The translations under genes and the position numbers were made by a program. A stretch of 64,000 nt of DNA from Marsupella aquatica (taxonomy: Eukaryota; Plantae; Marchantiophyta), in contig OZ316897.1 in assembly GCA_973895155.1 (NCBI GenBank), positions 11,555,832 through 11,619,831 on the forward strand. The letters run 5' to 3'. This document shows positions 59,830 through 64,000 of the stretch, in pieces. Below the pieces are notes generated by a model, which was given only the letters and a program-made list of their open reading frames with translations, had not been told where the DNA came from and did no database searches. The stretch's first letter is position 1, and each line of letters opens with the position of its first letter.

Positions 59830-61611
59830 ATGGCTGCTAAAGGAAAATTCGATGGAAAGGTGGCTCTCGTCACAGGAGGCTCAGGAGGGATTGGAAGCGA
59901 AGTATGTCGGAGTTTGGCAAGCCAGGGGGCGCATATTGTCAATGCGGATTTGGTTGGAAATGACAAGCTCTTGTCCGAAATCACTGCAGGCGGGACCAAA
60001 GCATTGTTCGTGAAAACAGACCAGACTCAAGAGGCAGAAGTTGTGGCAGCTTTCGACAAGACAGTGGAGGCATTCGGAGGAGTGCACATCGTTGTGCAAG
60101 TGGCAGGTGTCCCAAATGGGCCAAACGGAACGATCGAAGAGACGACCGTGGAAGGCTGGGAGAACGTATTCGCGGTCAATTGCAGAGGCACATTTCTCGT
60201 GATCAGGGAAGCTGCAAAGAGACTGGGGATTGGTGGCAGGATCATAACGACCAGCTCCGGGCTTGCTCTCCGTCCGCTCCCTGGTGAGTTCAAAACGTTT
60301 CTTATGCTCATTTTCTTTTGGATTACGAGCGGTGGCTGGATATATGGTTGGCATGATATATATGCAACATTTTCTTCATGCTTGACCAGTCCTCCCAACC
60401 TTTGTGCTCGATTACTGTAATTCCAAAGTAGCTTCGAATTTTATAATGAAATAGAAACATTCTAGGATGGATCCAGAATGCGTCTATCGGCCAGCGCCAG
60501 CTTCCGCTCGATCAGCAGATTCCAGTTGCCAGTTTCAATTTATCAGCTCCAATATTCCATTCGTCAGCTTCCATCCATCGGCTTCCATCCATCATTCAGC
60601 TTCCATTCAGTAGCTTGCCTTGATGTCGGTTGATTTGTCACTCTCCACTCATCAGGGTCATTCGCCATCTTCCATTCATCAGCTTCCAACATAAGATTTC
60701 AGTACAGTGACGAATTGCTATCCTTGAAACCATTTCGGGACCTTCAGTATTTGGGCTAGTCTTTTGAGTCTCCTTCGGTATAAGTTGGGGATGCTTCCAT
60801 ACATCAGATTCCCACTTAGTGGCGAATTATTACCATGCTTGAAACCATTTTGGAGAGCTTCAATCAGCCTTAGGACTTTTATTCTTGATTAGTCAAGAGA
60901 AAATATTACATGCTAGTTTTTTGAGTATGCTTCAGGATTTTGAGTATGCTTCAGGATATGTTGGGGATGCTGGAGGCATGTATTGCAAGCTGAGAGCTGG
61001 TAGAATCACGAGAGTCACTCAAAATAAAAATCTTCTCATTCTGCCTCTCTGTTTCTCGACTTGAAACATCTGGATCTTCTCTAGGAAGCGTATGATATTT
61101 GAGGAGGCTGGAAAATTACTGTAGCTGATGGGCAGGGATGGGATACGGAGGGATAGGAGCAGTCTTTCTTCTGGGAAAGTTGCTCTCAATTGATGCCTGC
61201 AGACAGACGTGACGAAATTGTTGCTGACGGTACTATCACGTCAATGGTCTGCAGGCCCACGCATGAAATTTTGCGTGTATTGTTTCTAACCTTTTCTTGT
61301 CCCGTGTGCATGCAGCTATGGGTGCATATTCGGCCTCAAAGGCGGCCGTTGTATCCATGACCAAGACTCTTGCCTTGGAATTGGGACCGAAGAAGATCAC
61401 TGTCAATTCTATCGCGCCTGGTCCTATCTTAACTAAAATGTTAGATGATTCCGTCTCTTTAGAACTTATGGAATCCATGGCGAAGGCGTGTCCTTCTGGC
61501 CGAATTGGAGAACCCAACGACATTGCCCCCATTGTGGCGTTTTTGGCGAGCGAGGAAGCAAGATGGGTCACTGGAGAGATCATTGGAATCAATGGTGGTG
61601 GATGGCGCTAA
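59830..61611 (+). CDS. Classical short-chain dehydrogenase/reductase (FabG-like; plant aldehyde reductase-like SDR group), 249 aa
   Basis: Exons 59830-60283 and 61316-61611 (750 nt, phase 1). Motifs TGGSGGIG, VAG, VNCRG, TTSS, catalytic YSASK, VNSIAPGP and terminal VTGEIIGINGG. Confidence 0.93.
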
Positions 61612-62215
61612 GATTGACAACAGAGATTTTGCCGAGGCTCTTTGAACCGTATACATAATTATGTAACCATCACCGTCCCCTTTGCATAATTCTTAGCCGC
61701 TCCATGGGAATAGCCTTCTGGAAGTCATTTCAACCTGCGTCGAGATCTCTCTTCTAATCGTAGGAATATGGCAATGGCAGCTTTGCCCTTCTAAGCTGGT
61801 GTGATCTGTAGAGTGGGCACAATTGTTGAATGGGGAAGATTATCACGGCATCTTGTTCAAATCCGAGTCAAGCTTGGTCCTTTGGAGTTTGGACTCTGAA
61901 AATACGGTGACAGTTTTCTGTTTGGCCAAGTGGCAATTTTCCTGGTATGACTATCTTTACTTTCATGTCGTTTGCCGAATTGATTCTTGAAATCTCCATG
62001 GTTCTTTTGCATGACTTCCGAAATTCCATGGAAATGGACTGTGCTTCTGGCGTGTATGTATGCCGCATCAAGAGACCCCTATTGAACATGGAATGAATAC
62101 GCCATATCTAGAAGAACCTGAGATGTATGGGGAATAAGTGTTGACTGGGACTCGAGGAATACGCCATATCTCCTTTGATTTCACGTTTGGTTTGTTTGGA
62201 TCTTGTTTGGGATAC

Positions 62216-62270
62216 GTTCCAGTGGGGACTTCGTCAATTGTTGGAACATTGACGAATTCCCCACCGGAAC
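62216..62270 (-). ncRNA. Near-perfect hairpin, candidate small-RNA precursor or tiny foldback element
   Basis: 23-bp arms gttccagtggggacttcgtcaat / attgacgaattccccaccggaac; on the minus strand there is one G-U pair and one mismatch. Confidence 0.3.
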
Positions 62271-62497
62271 ATACGCGATCGCAAAACACCCATTGCACCC
62301 AGACAGTCCCCATTGACATTATTGATTAACGATCGAGCTTCTAAGAAAAATTGGAGACATGCACCCTCCACACTGCCTGAAGGAAGCAAGCAAGTGTAGA
62401 CCGCGCTTGCAATGGTATAGTGTGCCTCTCCCGCCCACTTTTGAAACAGATGGAAGGGGACAGAATGTATAGGGTAATGGTCCTCCTATGGACCATT

Positions 62498-62560
62498 AGT
62501 GCGTATAAAGGTCCACCATATGTCCACCAGTGCGTATAAAGGTCCACCATATGTCCACCC
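62498..62560. repeat. 31-bp tandem duplication
   Basis: agtgcgtataaaggtccaccatatgtccacc occurs twice. Confidence 0.85.
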
Positions 62561-63589
62561 GCATATGCATGGAGTCATACACCTGCATATGCGAGGAGGC
62601 ATGCATCCATATATGCAAGGAGGCATACGGGACACGGTATATGCGTAATAGTCCACCATAAGCCCATTGGCCAACGTTAAGGGCATGCCTATCACAAACA
62701 GGCCAGAAATGTTTTGGCACAGACAATAGACAAGGCCAAAAATGTTTTGGCAGACAATAGTGTGAGTGTACCTTCTTTGCACATTCCATAAAGTTATGAC
62801 TTGTTGACCACTAATCCTGTCTCTAATCTTGGAGGGCATTAACTTGACGTAGATTTAACTCACCGTGTTATGACCATGGTATTTAGAATACAAAATGGTT
62901 GGGACCCTAGTGAAGAGAGGAACTGCTCTTAAGTAGTAGTGCGCTCAAATCAAACTTGTCTGCCCACTAGGTGGCAAGAGTTACATGTGTTATGTATCAG
63001 GTGGATCATAAATAGTTCAACATGGTGCACCAAATGCCCATTAGCAAGGGATGGTGCAAATACCTTGAGTGATCCAATTAACTACTACATGTATATTACA
63101 CTCAGCCTTGCAAAAGTGCATGATTCTTCGAGTCAGGCCTTGTCATGCACTTAGCCTTATCTTGCACTTATGAAAGGAAATGCAAAACCAAGACGTCTTG
63201 CATTTATACACAACAGACATCCTACAAGTGGAAGCTCAAAAGACCTTTTGCTGTTCTGAATATTTTTGGTGCAAGTGTAGATATGTGCTATAAGTGCAAG
63301 CACAAAAGACTTTGCACTTATAGATATTTTGTATTGTAGAGACACTGTACAAAGGCTTTGCACTCTGTGTTGTATGTTCCGTGTGTCCCTGCCTACAGGA
63401 TAACTGGTACTGCAGCATATTTGATAAATTAGTGCAAGAGTGTACTTTATGTAAACATAGACCACACTTATCAATAAAGCCATCTCGTATTCGTCATGTA
63501 AGTTCCTATCAGGAGGAAACTTTGCATGAATTTATAGTCATGCAAAATTTACTCCTAAATATGTATTCAAAATTCCTCCTAAATAACAC

Positions 63590-63800
63590 TTATTTTAAAG
63601 ATGTGTACTTGCTCAAAAGATGTTGTTCAGTGAAATATGTTGTTGTGCAAAAGATGTAATTTACTAAAAGATATTGGTTGGCAAAAGATATCAGTGCGTA
63701 ATAAATGATGTTGTGCTAAAGATGTAGTTGAGAAAAAATATCATGGTGCAAAAGATGTATTGAGTAAAAGTTACATTTGTTAAAAATCTCATTGCATAAA
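63590..63800 (-). repeat. Degenerate aaaagatgt repeats resembling the reverse complement of the acatcttt repeats at 55.2-56.2 kb
   Basis: aaagatgt/aaaagatat recurs at roughly 18-bp spacing. Confidence 0.5.
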
Positions 63801-64000
63801 AATGTCATCGAGTTAAACATGTCATGACACAAAACAGAGGCAACAACAACAATCAAAGTACAACAAAGTGAGAATGGTTGTTCTCTTTGTTTTTTTTCAT
63901 TTTTTTCCTTTCAAACCTTGCCCGCCCCTTATTTTTCACTATTTTCACTCTTTTTTCTCTCATTAATTACATTGTGTACTACTTTATTGACTATGTAATA

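Noticed and set aside
59878-59895. ggctcaggagggat resembles miR390
   Set aside because: It encodes the SDR GSGGIG motif, is in the sense orientation and has no hairpin partner
23697-61611. Hydrolase + lipin + SDR as a lipid-metabolism gene cluster
   Set aside because: Genes are 10-14 kb apart, belong to common families, and show no signature enzyme or shared regulatory motif; co-expression or synteny would be needed
61868-62319. Two short minus-strand ORFs with faint resemblance to aerolysin-type Ser/Thr-rich strands
   Set aside because: Too short, frameshifted and lacking any diagnostic motif

Overview
Eukaryotic nuclear DNA from a land plant. GT-AG introns, long GA-rich leaders and the gene families suggest a bryophyte or liverwort-type genome (inference). 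Six protein-coding genes can be reconstructed by hand with phase-consistent exons: the 3' part of a Trm3/TARBP1-type SpoU tRNA methyltransferase (+), an MFSD5/MOT2-family molybdate-anion transporter (+), an intronless L-type lectin receptor kinase (+), an alpha/beta-hydrolase (-), an unusually large (~1935 aa) lipin/PAH phosphatidate phosphatase with a 4.5-kb first coding exon (+), and a classical short-chain dehydrogenase/reductase (+). Intergenic DNA is rich in small non-autonomous elements. These include three copies of a TA-flanked Tc1/mariner-type MITE (two 382-bp near-identical copies in inverted orientation), a tRNA-Pro-derived SINE-like family, Helitron-like ends with a minisatellite, probable LINE relics, many short tandem duplications and several decayed coding-like tracts. 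No prokaryotic-type system was found. The best leads are the giant lipin with a duplicated helical motif, a possible alternative last exon in the transporter, the inverted MITE pair enclosing a palindrome-rich segment, and a miRNA-like hairpin near 62.2 kb.
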